Origin: Minutocellus sp. GHC0000111
Taxonomy: Eukaryota
Direction of reading: 5' to 3'
DNA: 64,000 nt
Assembly (NCBI GenBank): GCA_977018835.1
Contig: OZ361257.1
Coordinates: 3,720,001-3,784,000, forward strand
The notes beneath the pieces are model-generated. The model made no database searches and was not told where the DNA came from. It worked only from the letters and a program-made list of their open reading frames with translations. Numbering within the stretch: position 1 is the stretch's first letter; each line of letters opens with the position of its first letter. Shown here piece after piece: positions 49,426 to 62,422 of this stretch. The translations under genes were made by a program, and so were the position numbers.

Positions 49426-50607
49426 TTAAAGCTCCTCTCTGATTCTCAGTTTTCTCTCCGCCTCTGCAATGGCCAACGTGTAAGCCTCGGTAACTGCCTC
49501 TTTGTATTGTAATATGGTCCTGCATTCGTTGGCGGGCACATTCGTAGGGCAGTCAGACATCTCGCTCGGCGGCAGTGCACCGATCCTTTGTAATTCTTTC
49601 TTCATGTATGCAATCCCTTCTTCACTTGGGGATCCGGTCAAATACCCGTGGCTTTGATAATATCTCATCTCCTCGTCACTAAGGCCATAATCATCCCATC
49701 GCACTTCAAGCTCTCTTCCTGGTCCTTCCCATAGCTCGAACCATATATCCTCATCGTATTCCACAAAACGACGAGGATAACGCTCGACAAAGCCAAAGTC
49801 CCTCAGAATTTCAGGCGTCCCCCAGTAATAAGAGACATCCGAGCAGTCGAGGCATTTGTCGTAGGATGCAAATATTTCCTCACCGGCCTTGATTGGTTGC
49901 GACGCCCGAACCTTAATGCCGCTCTTACTGGAAAGAGATGTGTTCTCTGTATTGATTTGTCCATTGTCGTGATTCACCATGTCGTATAGTGGGATCATGG
50001 CACTATCGAAGCTCCGTTGCTTGGTCAAGGCAACGACGTGCTCGTCGAATGGATCATTCAAATTCACTCCCGAACACTTATGGAAATTATCAGTAATCCA
50101 ATCGTCTCCATCCGAATCCTCAGGCAAGAGGTCGCGTAGCATATCTTTGGCCTTCTTCGACCAAACTGCCGGGATCTGATTTCGACTTTGCTTGTTGAGA
50201 TATTTGACATATGGAGCATATACCGACTCATCCCCCAGCCTCATTTCCTTTGCTGTTTTCTTTGCCAGTAGACACAAGTTGTCGTACAAAGCTTGCATGG
50301 AATCGTCCATCGCCTCCAATTCGATCTTCTTGGCGTCATCAAAGACATGAATATAGCATTCCCTTGGTACCTCCATAATCATCTCCTTGGCTTCAAGATC
50401 TGCCTTGGCAAAAACTCCCAATGGACTGGAATCATCGGCTGGGTCTAACCGCCGAACCTCGACCTTATCGCTGACGTAGCCATCAGGCTTGGACCGGATC
50501 CAATCAATGACTTCGCCTGCAAGATCTTCGAGTTCGGTGACAAGACACTGGCTAATGCCAATAATTGCCAATAGAAGCGCCCTACTTGGTGAGAAGGATG
50601 GCGTCAT
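49426..50607 (-). CDS. SET-domain lysine methyltransferase-like protein (LSMT/SETD type) with signal peptide
   Basis: GVFAKADL, MIPLYDMVNH, IKAGEEIFASY, ILRDFGFVE. Confidence 0.85.
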   Translation of the reverse strand: MTPSFSPSRALLLAIIGISQCLVTELEDLAGEVIDWIRSKPDGYVSDKVEVRRLDPADDSSPLGVFAKADLEAKEMIMEVPRECYIHVFDDAKKIELEAMDDSMQALYDNLCLLAKKTAKEMRLGDESVYAPYVKYLNKQSRNQIPAVWSKKAKDMLRDLLPEDSDGDDWITDNFHKCSGVNLNDPFDEHVVALTKQRSFDSAMIPLYDMVNHDNGQINTENTSLSSKSGIKVRASQPIKAGEEIFASYDKCLDCSDVSYYWGTPEILRDFGFVERYPRRFVEYDEDIWFELWEGPGRELEVRWDDYGLSDEEMRYYQSHGYLTGSPSEEGIAYMKKELQRIGALPPSEMSDCPTNVPANECRTILQYKEAVTEAYTLAIAEAERKLRIREEL

Positions 50608-51238
50608 TTTTATTGAATGGTACTTGAAATGTACCAATGCTGCAACTGAATGCTGCCTAATTTTTGCTGCTGGAGCTGCAGAACGAGTACAGGAATTCTA
50701 CTTTCGCTTAAAGCAAAATGAGGGAGTGTGGAAAGATGCAATTGACAAAGCGGGGAGGCGGTCTATTCAAATCGATTATTCACGTCGTCCAACTGTTGCT
50801 GCCGAGGCCAGGCAACATCCGGCAACATGATGATGAGATGATGGATGCATGATGCATGATGCATGATGTGTGGTCGCAAGGTTTAAGGAACCCGGAGATT
50901 TTGCTGTTGGCATTGCTCGACGACCAGCTCAAAAATAGATGTTGCCACTCTCGCTTGCTTCTTCTCCTGGTATTGAGTACATGTATCGGTACTGTAAGTA
51001 CCTTTCCTCTTTTAGACACAATTCTAGCATTAGTTTTGTACAGCGCCACGTTCTTTGTTTTCGGTGGCAAGCAAGCACAAAATCAAGTGGACATAGCATC
51101 CGCGCAATGACAATCACTAGAATCTAATAAAATCAAACCAAACCAATTCGCTCATCGGTCGGATCTTCTTGTGCTGTCCCCAGATCGCAGAGATATACCA
51201 CAACACATGTAAAAAATAAATCCCCATGCCGCAAATAT

Positions 51239-52999
51239 TTATCGGCTTCGCTTCAACCCTCGGAGGAAGTCCGGGACGTCATCATTGCCCTTCCTTGACG
51301 GAGGGGGCGAGGGGGGGTCCATTGTTGGGACCTTCGTCAACTGCGTTGCAACCTCTTGCTTCAATTCGCTGACCGATTTCTGCTTTGGTTCATCCTGCGA
51401 TACGCTGGTCTTGCCCTCGATGAGATCCTCTCCAGCAGCAAAGCCCGTTGCAAGCACAGTAATAGAGATGGAATCGCCCATGGACTCGTCAACAAGTGCT
51501 CCAAAGATCACATTCGCGTCTTCCTCCACGGAATCATAAATCAGCCGAGCCGCTCGGTTCACATCGGTAAGACTCAGATTGGGACCTCCACTGATATTGA
51601 ACACAACTCCACGGGCATTGTCAATAGTCGAATCGAGAAGGGGACTGGAAATGGCGGCAGCGGCAGCATCCTCGGCTCCCGACTTGCCCTGTCCAATGCC
51701 AATGCCCATGAGGGCAGTTCCGGCATTGCTCATGACGGACCGAACATCGGCAAAATCGACATTGATCAGACCGGGCTTGATGATGATGTCGGAAATGCCC
51801 ACAACGCCCTGGCGGAGAATATCATCGGCAACGGCAAACGCTCGGTTGATGGGAGTGTCCTCGGGGATGATATCCAGCAGCTTGTCATTGGAAACAACGA
51901 TTACGGTATCGACATGAGCGCTCAGCCGCTTGATACCGCCAATGGCCTGGGTCATCCGCTTCCGTCCCTCGAAGGCAAAGGACTTGGTAACGATGCCCAC
52001 CGTGAGCGATCCCGCCTCCTTGGCCACCTCGGCCACGACGGGGGCGGCACCGGTGCCGGTACCGCCGCCCATACCGCTGGTAACGAAGCAAAGGTCGGTG
52101 CCCTGGACCATGGCGGCGATCTCCTTGCGCGATTCCTCCGCGGCCATCTGTCCGACGTCGGGGTTGCCACCGGCGCCAAGGCCGCGGGTGGCGGTCGAGC
52201 CAATGTTGAGGACCTTGGCCCCGCGAGCCTTGGACCGGCCGAGGGCCTGGGCATCGGTGTTGATGGCCCAGAAATCGACTCCGCCAACTCTGGTTTCGAG
52301 CATCCGATCGACCTGAAAGTTTAGTTTTTGAGGTTATGGCGTAAAGATACGAGATATACATGTGTGAGAGAAGACGCAGAGGGGCAATCAACAATCATAG
52401 TGACAATATATGACATTGACTAGGCTTTCAGATGCAATTGCCGACTTTGACTGTGCAAAAGATTGTCGGTATCCTTCGCATTGGTCTCCTTCAACCACAC
52501 AATCGGCAATTTTGCAAGTCCGAGCAAACACTTCTCCAAAGTCAACCATATTCCAACAACACATGCATGTACATGCACACCAAACAGCCAGCAATCCACT
52601 CACGGCATTGCAGCCACCGCCGCCGACGCCAATGACCTTGATGACGCAGGGACTCAGACCGCCGTCGGGCATGATGGCCCCGGTGTCGTCCTCGTACATG
52701 GGAAGGATGGTGCCTGTCGCCCGGTCCTTGCGGCGAAAGCCGGCGAACGATCCGCGCTCCGGCCTCCACCCGCGGGCCAAGGCCGAGGCGAAGGTCTCGC
52801 CATCGTCGCTGGCACTGCTGCCGCCGCTACTGCTGCTGCTACCAAAGGCAACGAACAGAGCCGAGGTCGAAGAGGAGGAGGAAGCGGCAACGGAGGGAAC
52901 AGAATGGGCCGGCGCTACGAACGCATTGGCCGACCCGATGGACGACGTGGCCAGGCCGGTGAGGGCCAGGATGGCCACGGCAGTTCTCGGGTACATCAT
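51239..52999 (-). CDS. ftsZ: Plastid division protein FtsZ, nucleus-encoded; exons 52999-52604 and 52312-51239
   Basis: IKVIGVGGGGCNAV, GMGGGTGTG, INVDFADV, C-terminal VPDFLR; bipartite leader with ANA-FVAP cleavage motif. Confidence 0.95.
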
Positions 53000-53318
53000 C
53001 TTTGGGTCTCTGTCTTTGACGTGCCTTGTTTCGGCCCGATACTGGTACACTGATGGCGGTGAGAAACTACCGGGCAGCAAAAATTTCGACGTGGCCAACT
53101 CTTGACGGGCGACGAAAAGACCGTAGATGGTCCTCTATGGTTTTTGAGGGCGGAAACTGCCTCTAAATCTTTCTGCTCAGGCGCTTTGCAGCTTTCTGTC
53201 TTTCGTTCGCCTTTCACGATTGCCTCACAACCATGACCATGACGAGAACTGTTTTGCCGGCTTTGATTCACAGCCAAGCGCATAAAACAACATACGTGTA
53301 CAAAACACCCTTGGCAAG

Positions 53319-55692
53319 ATGAAATCCCGTTCCTTGCTCCCCCTCTGCCTCCTGTTGCCGACAGCATGCGGTGGGGATAGTACCACCGCTACGACGACCG
53401 TACGGCGGCGGCGGGAGGCTTCCCGGCGCACACAAAATGAGGAGGCCGAGAATGACCTGCCACGACGACAAGAGGTAAGTGACCTTCAGACTTCAGACAT
53501 AACCAGACGATATCCTGGATGTGACACCACAGAGGATTGGCCATCATTTCATGATAAGGATGATCACAATTTGATTATGTGGGTTGGGTCTCTCTCAACT
53601 TCTTCTTGTTGGCATAATAATATTTCAAGCACCTCTTGGGAGCAGAACCCCGGAAAAATTGCCCTTCGCTTCGTCGATGCGGCCCCAAGCCGGCCCGGGT
53701 GTAATCACATTTGGCTCACCCATGCCTGCTATTTTCCTCTCTCGTTCTCTACTACGCAGGAAGTTAAAAAGATACGAGAAGCTGCGGCTGCTCTTGCCCC
53801 CGATAGGAGCGCTGAGGCAGCCAGCGAAAGCCACATTCACGGCGACGGCGATGTCGTCGGCGGGAGACGGACGCAATCTGAAAATAATGAAGGGACCAGC
53901 GATGTCATCGGGTATATCATCGGTGGCACTCAGGTTACCGATCCCGGTAGATACAAGTATATTGTTTCCCTCACGAAATGGGGTGGTCACTTTTGTGGCG
54001 GCGCCTTGATCGCCCCCGACCTCGTCGTCTCAGCGGCCCATTGTCAAAACATCGACGGCGCCAAGGTCGGTCTCATCAACAAGAACGACAATACCGTCCC
54101 CACCTTCACCGGCATCAACGGCGTGACGAGAAGTACCAATTGCAACAATGGACAGCAGAACAAGATGATCCATATCCACGAAAACTACGGTGACAACTAC
54201 GTCAACGATTTGATGATCGTCAAGCTCGGTGGATCGGTCGATACCTCCGTCTATCCGGTCATCTCCATCAACACCGATGGCAGCTCTCCCTCCTCCGGTG
54301 ATCCCCTCACAACCATGGGCTGTGGCCAAACCATCGCTGGGTCGTCTACCTCTATGGCGAACACGCTCAATGAGGTCGAGGTGACGGCCGTCAGTCAGTC
54401 GGGGTGCAAGTCCATGTACGGAGGATATCTGCAAGATAACATGTTCTGTGCCATGGATCCCGGTCAGGACGCCTGCCAGGGAGACTCTGGCGGTCCCATC
54501 ATCGATAAAGGAAGCGATGCCGCCTCAGATGTATTAATGGGCGTCGTTTCGTGGGGGTATGGGTAAGTCCACTTTGTTGAACGTTCGTCTTTTTGAACCA
54601 AGTGTACTATGGATAATATTGCTTCATTTTATTCATATTTTCTTTTTTATTTGGACGCTCCTTCTCCGAACTCACAGGTGCGCCTCGGCGACGCACGCAG
54701 GCGTTTACTCTCGACTTAGCTACAACTACGATTGGATCCGCGATAAGGTCTGTTGTCTGAGTTCGGATCCGCCGGCCTCCTTCGGTTGTCCTGGGGGTCC
54801 TTCACCGACTACGTCAAGTCCTACCAAGGCGCCCGTCGTTGTGCCTACCACTTCACCGGTCGCATCGACGACCGAGGGCGCTGACACTACTACTCCTTCT
54901 CCTGCCACTTCGTCACCAACTTTTTCGCCTTTACCCCCTCCAATCCCTAGAACATCTTTCAAAGTCTGCGTCCAGCTCGATATGTTCCCCAACGACATTG
55001 CCTTCTGGTGCGAGAATGCCCAGGGCACCAAGGTCTACGTATACTTTGACAACCTCAGTACCGATCAATGGCAGTACAAGCTCTACGAACATGCGTTCGA
55101 GATCGATGATGATGAATTGAAATTAGAGAAGCAGCTCAAGTGCATGATGACAGATTCGTACGGAGATGGGCTGAGCATGACCCAGGGTGATCATCCCGAG
55201 GGTGCATTCTGGGTAGTCTATGGAGATGATTGCAATACATCAGATCCGGAAGCCCGTGCCTTTGAAGGAACTAAGGACTTTGGCTTTGTGTACGAGACTT
55301 ACTTCCAAACGGATAACTCATGCAACGACGACGACTGTATCTCACTCGAGATCCAATTCGATGGCTTTCCAAATGATATCACCTACTCCGTTCAGTGTGG
55401 CAACAACACCACTAAAATCCGTGATCATGCCGGTAACTACAACAATGGCAACTACAAGAACAAGAAGATCACCGAGATCATCAAGATCCCCGAAAGCAAC
55501 ACGGAGGATTGCAATGTTACTGTCCACGACAAGCACGGGGATGGCCTTTGCTGCGCCCATGGTACTGGATATGCCAACGTTTACCTTGGCTCCGCCGTCA
55601 ATGGTACCCTTGCCGGGGGAACGACGAACTCAAATTCCTCGTTTGCGGACTTTGTGGTCCACGTGGGTAGATCTGCATCCAACGCACAATAG
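53319..55692 (+). CDS. Secreted trypsin-like (S1) serine protease with P/T/S linker and two C-terminal D-x-x-GDG repeat domains; introns about 53474-53759 and 54563-54677
   Basis: IIGG, SAAHC, NDLMIVKL, DACQGDSGGP, GVVSWG; DSYGDGL and DKHGDGLCC. Confidence 0.9.
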
Positions 55693-55748
55693 TATACAAG
55701 ATAAATCTTTCAATTAATTAGAGAATTAATTATATTGGCATGTAATTT

Positions 55749-58700
55749 CTACTCAAATGCACCTTCTTCTGGGAGGGGGGGCAGGTCCCTATTGAGAGCT
55801 TCGTCTTCTGGGCTCTGGAATTCTACGGATCCTAGCCCGGCATCGTCTTCAACCTGGACCAGCATGCTCTCTCCAGTAGACTTTTTGATGATCTTTACAA
55901 CGACCTGATCACCGTCGAATTCATCGGCCTCATCTTTGGAGGCCACATCAACGACAACTTCCTCTCCTTCCGATACAAAGTCCTGCATGATGGCCTCGGA
56001 GAGAGTATTTTCGAGGAAGCGTTGAGCGGCTCTACGAATGGGACGGGCACCATATTGGTTGGCATCCATGCATCCCTCCTCTGTGACCTTCTCGACGAGA
56101 TCTTCCGTGACGGCGAGGTCCATCTCTTGCTCTTCCCTCGCCCTAACAACCGTTTCGTCGAGGATATTGCTGGCAATGGCACGCAAATTCTTGTATGATA
56201 GTGGCGAAAAGACAACAATTTCATCGATCCGATTCAGCAACTCGGGCTTCATGGACTTTTCGAGCTCTTCCTTGACGGTATTGGCCATCTCCAGAACACC
56301 AGCCTGGACCTTGGACATGTCGAGAATCTTCTGACTACCAATATTGGACGTCATGATGAGGATGCAATTCTTGAAGGATACCGTCCGTCCCTTACCATCA
56401 GTCAATTGACCTTCGTCCATAACCTGCAAAAGGATGTTGAGTACGTCTTCGTGCGCCTTTTCTATCTCATCAAGCAAAATAACGGAATGCGGTGCTCTTC
56501 TCACCGCATTGGTGAGCTGACCACCCTCATCGTAACCAACGTATCCTGGAGGACTTCCCACCAGGCGAGATGTTGAGAAGCGCTCCTGATATTCGCTCAT
56601 ATCGATGCGAATCATGTCCTAGAGTTTTGTGCATGAGCGAGAGAGAGAGAGCGGTGGTTTTCATTAGACCAATAAAAACATGACAAGCGACATGTTGCAT
56701 AACACAAAACACAAAAATAAGCCCCAAAACGAACGCAAGCGAGCTCACCTTCTCCCGACCATAGTACGTTTCAGCAAGAGACTTGCACAATTCAGTTTTG
56801 CCGACGCCCTGATGTACGGTACAAGTGATGAGAATAAAGAAAGATGTGTGAGAGAGAAGAAATTCATTCTGATCCAATTTTCATCGGAACTAAATAAATG
56901 GCAGCTTACCGTAGGTCCGCAGAACATGAAGGAGGCAATGGGTCGGCGGCCATCACGGAGGCCAGATCGTGCACGTCGAATAGACTTGGCAACAGCTCTT
57001 ACTGCCCGTTCTTGGCCCTTGATGCGTCTACCCATGTCCTCCTCGAGATTGCGCAATCTCTCCTTTTCACCGGTATCGAGCCGCCCAATGGGAATGCCGG
57101 AAATTTCAGAAATTACCTCTGCTACCGTATCCTCTGTAACAATTATGTCGTCCTCCTCTTCGTCAAAGATGTCCATCTTTACCATAGATCCTGCCTCATC
57201 GAGAAGATCGATGGCCTTATCAGGCAAAAAGCGATCATTGAGGTAGCGATCACTCAGCTTGGCAGCTGCTTCCATTGCCTTGGGTGTGTATTCAACTCCA
57301 TGATATTCCTCGTACCTTGGTCTGACGGCCTCCAGAATATCAAGAGTTTCGTCGACGGTCGGTTCCTTTACATTGAGAGGCTGGAATCGTCGCTCGAGAG
57401 CACCATCACGTTCAATGTAGGTACGATACTCGGGCGTCGTCGTGGCTCCAATAACCTGAAGTTCACCTCTGGCCAGCGCAGGCTTCAGTAGATTGGCGGC
57501 ATTCAGTCCACCATCGCCGCCACCAGTACCGAGAAGTGTGTGAATTTCATCAATGAAGAGGATTGTCTTGCTATTGCCGGCCTCTCGGATGAGATTTTGA
57601 ACCCGCTTCTCGAAGTCGCCACGATTGGCTGTGCCTGCAACGAGACTTGCAAGCTCAACCGAAATGAATCGATATCCCTCGAGTGATTTAGGACAGATTG
57701 GGAGATTCAAATCAATCAAAGGATTAGTATCCTCCTCGTCGTCGGTGCCTTCACCATTAAGGTTGCCATCCTTGTCCTTATTGCCGCCAAAAGGATTGCG
57801 AAGCCACTTGCGTGCCTTCTTATCGGCCTTGCTTTGGCCAGCAGTGGGATAAGATGATGCAATTACTTGAGCAATAGCCTCGGCAATCGCAGTTTTACCA
57901 ACTACATGTAAGATGAAAAGGTTGGAGTGAGTGCAATGAATATAGAAACAAATATAGCAGGCAAAATTTAGCAAAACTTTCAGTGTACCTAGCTAGGCAA
58001 CACATTCAATTTCAGTAGCGATTTTCTCACCTCCAGGATCCTGTTGAAAGTTGATGTGTATTTTGTGAGAGAGACAACAATTATTGTAAGCAAGGGCTGG
58101 AAATAAAAATATTGAATACAGCAGGTGGATCCAAAATTGCAACTGCCATCCATTTGACACCACTTACGCCAATAAGACACGGATTGTTCTTACGCCGACG
58201 CCCGAGAGTTCGAAGACACATGCGCACTTCATCGTCTCTGCCATATACAGCATCCAGCTTGCCCTCCAGGGCCATCAGGGTCAGATCGATTCCCACATCG
58301 TCCAGGGTAGGAGTATCACCAGAGCTTCCGCCAATCACAACGACCTCCTTTTGTGTTACGACCTCAGCACTGTCCTGACCATTGGCATCTACCCCAACCT
58401 CTTCTTGGACTGGTCCTTGCTCAAGCAGGTCATCCAAGAGAGAATCACAGAAGGCAAATGCATCAAAGGCATCGGCATCGACTCCATCAGCATTCAGGAT
58501 GACTGATAGAGCCTTGCAGGAAGAGTCGGCCCCTCCCACTCCCTTGGTTGCGGCACTTCCGGCATCGACATTGTATTCCAGAAGAGCGAGGAGCAAATGT
58601 TCCGACCGGACCGTCTTGCTGGCAAATCGGTCAGCGATGGTCCCAGCTCGGCTCAGTGTGGCCTTGGCCTCCTCCGAAAAGGGGAGAGCATCGGCACCAT

Positions 58701-59214
58701 CCATATCAGTAGACACTGCAGTTGCCACACCCTCGTCATCGGCGGTCTTCGGCCAAGTGCCAGTGGCAACTTTGGTGGCCGATACCTTTACCTTGTTGGG
58801 GAGGATGTTGAATTTACTCAGCGTCCGATCGGCTCGCTCGGGACGGCTCACAACGCCGAGGGTAATCATGGCATTGCCCAAGGATTCCAGGCCCGCTGCC
58901 TTGGACTCGGATTGGGCCACCATGATGGCGCCGACGCATTCCTTACTCAAACGATCAATGACCATCGACATTCCTTCCGCGGCCGCCGTAAACGAAGGAC
59001 TCGAGGACCGTCCGCTGCCCAGGGATAGGGCTGAAATCTGCCGCCGCTGCTCCATCGTCCCAACGGAGCGTCGGCCATCATTCTGCACACCGATCCGCGA
59101 TTTGCTGTGGCCCCATGATCCTGTCGAGAAGGCGGAAGTGCCAACAATGATGCAGGAAAGCACCAACACAACGAGCGTTGCGGTTGCGGGGGGGGGACGA
59201 GAATGAGGAGTCAT
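55749..59214 (-). CDS. Class I Clp/Hsp100 AAA+ chaperone (ClpC/ClpA-like), probably plastid-targeted, multi-exon
   Basis: Clp N domain (EHLLLAL), RRRKNNPCLIG, GVGKTAIAE, LFIDEIH, FLPDKAIDLLDEA, spliced GPTGVGKTE, RIDMSEY, YGARPIRR; leader TSA-FST. Confidence 0.9.
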
Positions 59215-59637
59215 CTTGCTTGAGGATGTGCAGGGCGCCGACGTATGGCCGATACTAGGCATTGCCTCGAATGATCGCCGCTGCCAACTTTTGCCTGTAT
59301 AGGGCAAAATTGAGGCTCGATACCGCTACCGCCCAAATCCAATACCTAGGTAAATGATGACGGCAGCGGCCAACGGCTACGGCTGGGTGGAACTGCGACG
59401 AACATTCTCAGGCCACGATGACGTGTACGTGTTGTGTCTGTACCAATGTCCCGTTTATGATGGGCCGACCAAATGCAATTTTGCAAACCATCGCGAGAAA
59501 GAGCAATGAGGACACATGTACCGGTAGACATCTATTAGTGGATCTACCGGTACAGGGAATTGAGTCTCTACATGTATGTATCTATGCATTTATTTGTAAT
59601 GTCATCGATCGAAGAACCAACCACACCACCCAACCAA

Positions 59638-61694
59638 TCAAGCCAAGGATTTCAGCATGCTTCGGCCCCCCATTACTTTGGTTGTCAAGATCATGATGGA
59701 GTATGGGAATGAAGGGCGCTTGGTAAGTAGGCGAAGGGCTGCAATTTCCATAAAGGATACACCGCCGACGAAGCAAACCAGTAGGACCGGTTTCTTTTCG
59801 CTACTGCCGCTACCTGCACCCGAATCACCACCTTTGGACCGAGCAAGAGTTCCAAGACTTGGCCCAGGATTCCTCTTCATGGCAGATGATAGTTCTTCTG
59901 GAGGATGATTTCGCTGGGTAATATCCACCAATCGTCCTGGCAGTTCTCTTAGAGCTTCGTCCTTGCCCGCCCATCCGATCGTTACAGCGACCTCAACAAG
60001 CCGAGCAGTAAGGGGGGCGTACCCAGACGACACGTAGGATACATCATCCGGCTCGGTGGCATTGACCTCGGCATTGATCAACCGAAGGTGTTTGCGCAGG
60101 GTGGCAAAGGGTGACGCTGAATCCAGTGCGAACACCGTCTCCTTCCGCCGTAGGAGGCCGGCAGTCTCGAGATTATTGAGAATGACCACAAACTCAAATC
60201 CATATGTCTGAACGATATCCCTCCGGAGCGAATCAAATCTCGAGCTCTTGATGCCACCACCTGTCAAACTTTGAAGACAGAGCAGCCGCAGTACTCTGAA
60301 CGGCGGTGCCTGTGCACTTATTAGATCCTCCAGAGTGTCATAGCACGTTTCGCTCTCAACCATAGACCGCTCCGTTTGCCATCGTTGGCGGAATCCACTC
60401 TCCTCGGTTGCGCTCTTCACAAGCTCGGCGAGCAAGATGTGATGGGTAAGACTTCGGAGATTTTGCGTAAATATCGGTATCTGCTTGACAAACTGGTGGA
60501 TCTCGCTCAGGTCACGATTCTTGTCAGTGAAGTCGGAGTGTGTTGCCTTGAGAGCCTGTGCCTGCTGCTGGAGGAAGGAACCGAACTTTTCCACGTGTTG
60601 ATCACGAACTTCGGCATAGAGAGTGTCGGCGTCGTTCAGAGATACGGATGCCATTCGCTTTTGCCCGGCACCTGCAGCCGCAACAGCTGCCGCCTTATCT
60701 TCGTCCGTTTCCGGGGGCTCAATCACATCCGCATCCACATGGACCAAACCGCAATCGATTCCAAGGACCTCATCGAGCAATCCCTCATAAGTGAGAGGAG
60801 TGAGCATCGGCGTTACCATGTCAATCTTCCGATCAAATATCATCATGGCATCAATCTGCGATGATGACGACGACGATGCGCCCATCATCAAGCTCCCGGC
60901 CCCTCCTGCGGCAGTATCCCCATCTCCAAAGCCTTGATCTTGATGATGGTCCTGCTCGGCGGCATAATCCTCCACTCGCATAGCCATGGTCCTTGCCAGC
61001 ACCGCCTCTCCCATCGGACCCAAGGTCTGGACTCGTCGTATAGTTCCTGTACAATCCTGCAATGTGACCAAACTCCTAGCAACGGCGGTGATGGGATCAC
61101 TGGGCAATCCGTCGACTGTTGCTCGGCGCAATACCTCGGGACGTTCCATGCTCAGTACGTCCGAATCGAGCGGAACTACATCAATCGGGAGGGAATGTAT
61201 CGTCACACTTTCCAATGGAAGCACGCCTTCATCCAAAAGGACTCGATCGCACAAGGCGTTGCCCCGGGGAAAATACACGATGCGGTGGCGGATAGCATCA
61301 CCTCCCGGACCGCGGGATGATTGCTGCGCATACCGCTTAAGGCGGCGGGCGGCCGCCCGCGTCTGCAGCGCATCCGGACGGAGCAGGTACAAGATGACGT
61401 CGGCACCGTCGGTGGCATCCCGGGGGTCTTCGGCTGGATGCGGCGCAAAAGCTGCTACCGTCCCGGTCGCACCGGCGGAGCGCAGAAGGGCATCTTTATC
61501 GGCAAGGTCGGGATAGAGAGAGGTTGAGTCGACCAAGGGGCACTCATCCTCGGCACTGCCGTCTCCCTGCTCCGGAGAACCTCCGCTCCGCGTGAGGATA
61601 CGAGTCCCGACGATGCCAAGTCCGCGAGGTATGGGCAGGTCATCTGCGGTAGCGGCAGCCTTGGACTTCTTCTTCTTCTTGCTGCTGCCAGCCG
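59638..61694 (-). pseudogene. VPS33: Vps33 (Sec1/Munc18 family), 5'-truncated at the duplication junction
   Basis: DVVPLDSDVLSME, DRKIDMVTPMLTPLTYEGLLDE, SYVSSGYAPL, FVGGVSFMEIAALR; the frame stays open upstream of 61536 (AAGSSKKKKK..ECPLVDST) up to the junction with no ATG. Confidence 0.8.
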
Positions 61695-62366
61695 CAGGGC
61701 ACCAAGGTCTACGTATACTTTGACAACCTCAGTACCGATCAATGGCAGTACAAGCTCTACGAACATGCGTTCGAGATCGATGATGATGAATTGAAATTAG
61801 AGAAGCAGCTCAAGTGCATGATGACAGATTCGTACGGAGATGGGCTGAGCATGACCCAGGGTGATCATCCCGAGGGTGCATTCTGGGTAGTCTATGGAGA
61901 TGATTGCAATACATCAGATCCGGAAGCCCGTGCCTTTGAAGGAACTAAGGACTTTGGCTTTGTGTACGAGACTTACTTCCAAACGGATAACTCATGCAAC
62001 GACGACGACTGTATCTCACTCGAGATCCAATTCGATGGCTTTCCAAATGATATCACCTACTCCGTTCAGTGTGGCAACAACACCACTAAAATCCGTGATC
62101 ATGCCGGTAACTACAACAATGGCAACTACAAGAACAAGAAGATCACCGAGATCATCAAGATCCCCGAAAGCAACACGGAGGATTGCAATGTTACTGTCCA
62201 CGACAAGCACGGGGATGGCCTTTGCTGCGCCCATGGTACTGGATATGCCAACGTTTACCTTGGCTCCGCCGTCAATGGTACCCTTGCCGGGGGAACGACG
62301 AACTCAAATTCCTCGTTTGCGGACTTTGTGGTCCACGTGGGTAGATCTGCATCCAACGCACAATAG
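61695..62366 (+). pseudogene. Duplicated 3' fragment of the trypsin gene (C-terminal repeat domains only)
   Basis: Copy of 55021-55692; lacks the signal peptide and protease domain. Confidence 0.8.
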
Positions 62367-62422
62367 TATACAAGATAAATCTTTCAATTAATTAGAGAAT
62401 TAATTATATTGGCATGTAATTT

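Larger units (their letters stand above)
55021..61694. repeat. Unit 1 of a 6674-bp tandem segmental duplication
   Basis: Sequence from 55021 (CAGGGCACCAAGGTC..) recurs from 61695 to the window end at offset 6674. Confidence 0.9.

Noticed and set aside
51239..59214. Bacterial contamination suggested by ftsZ and clp
   Set aside because: Both have spliceosomal introns and plastid-type bipartite leaders.
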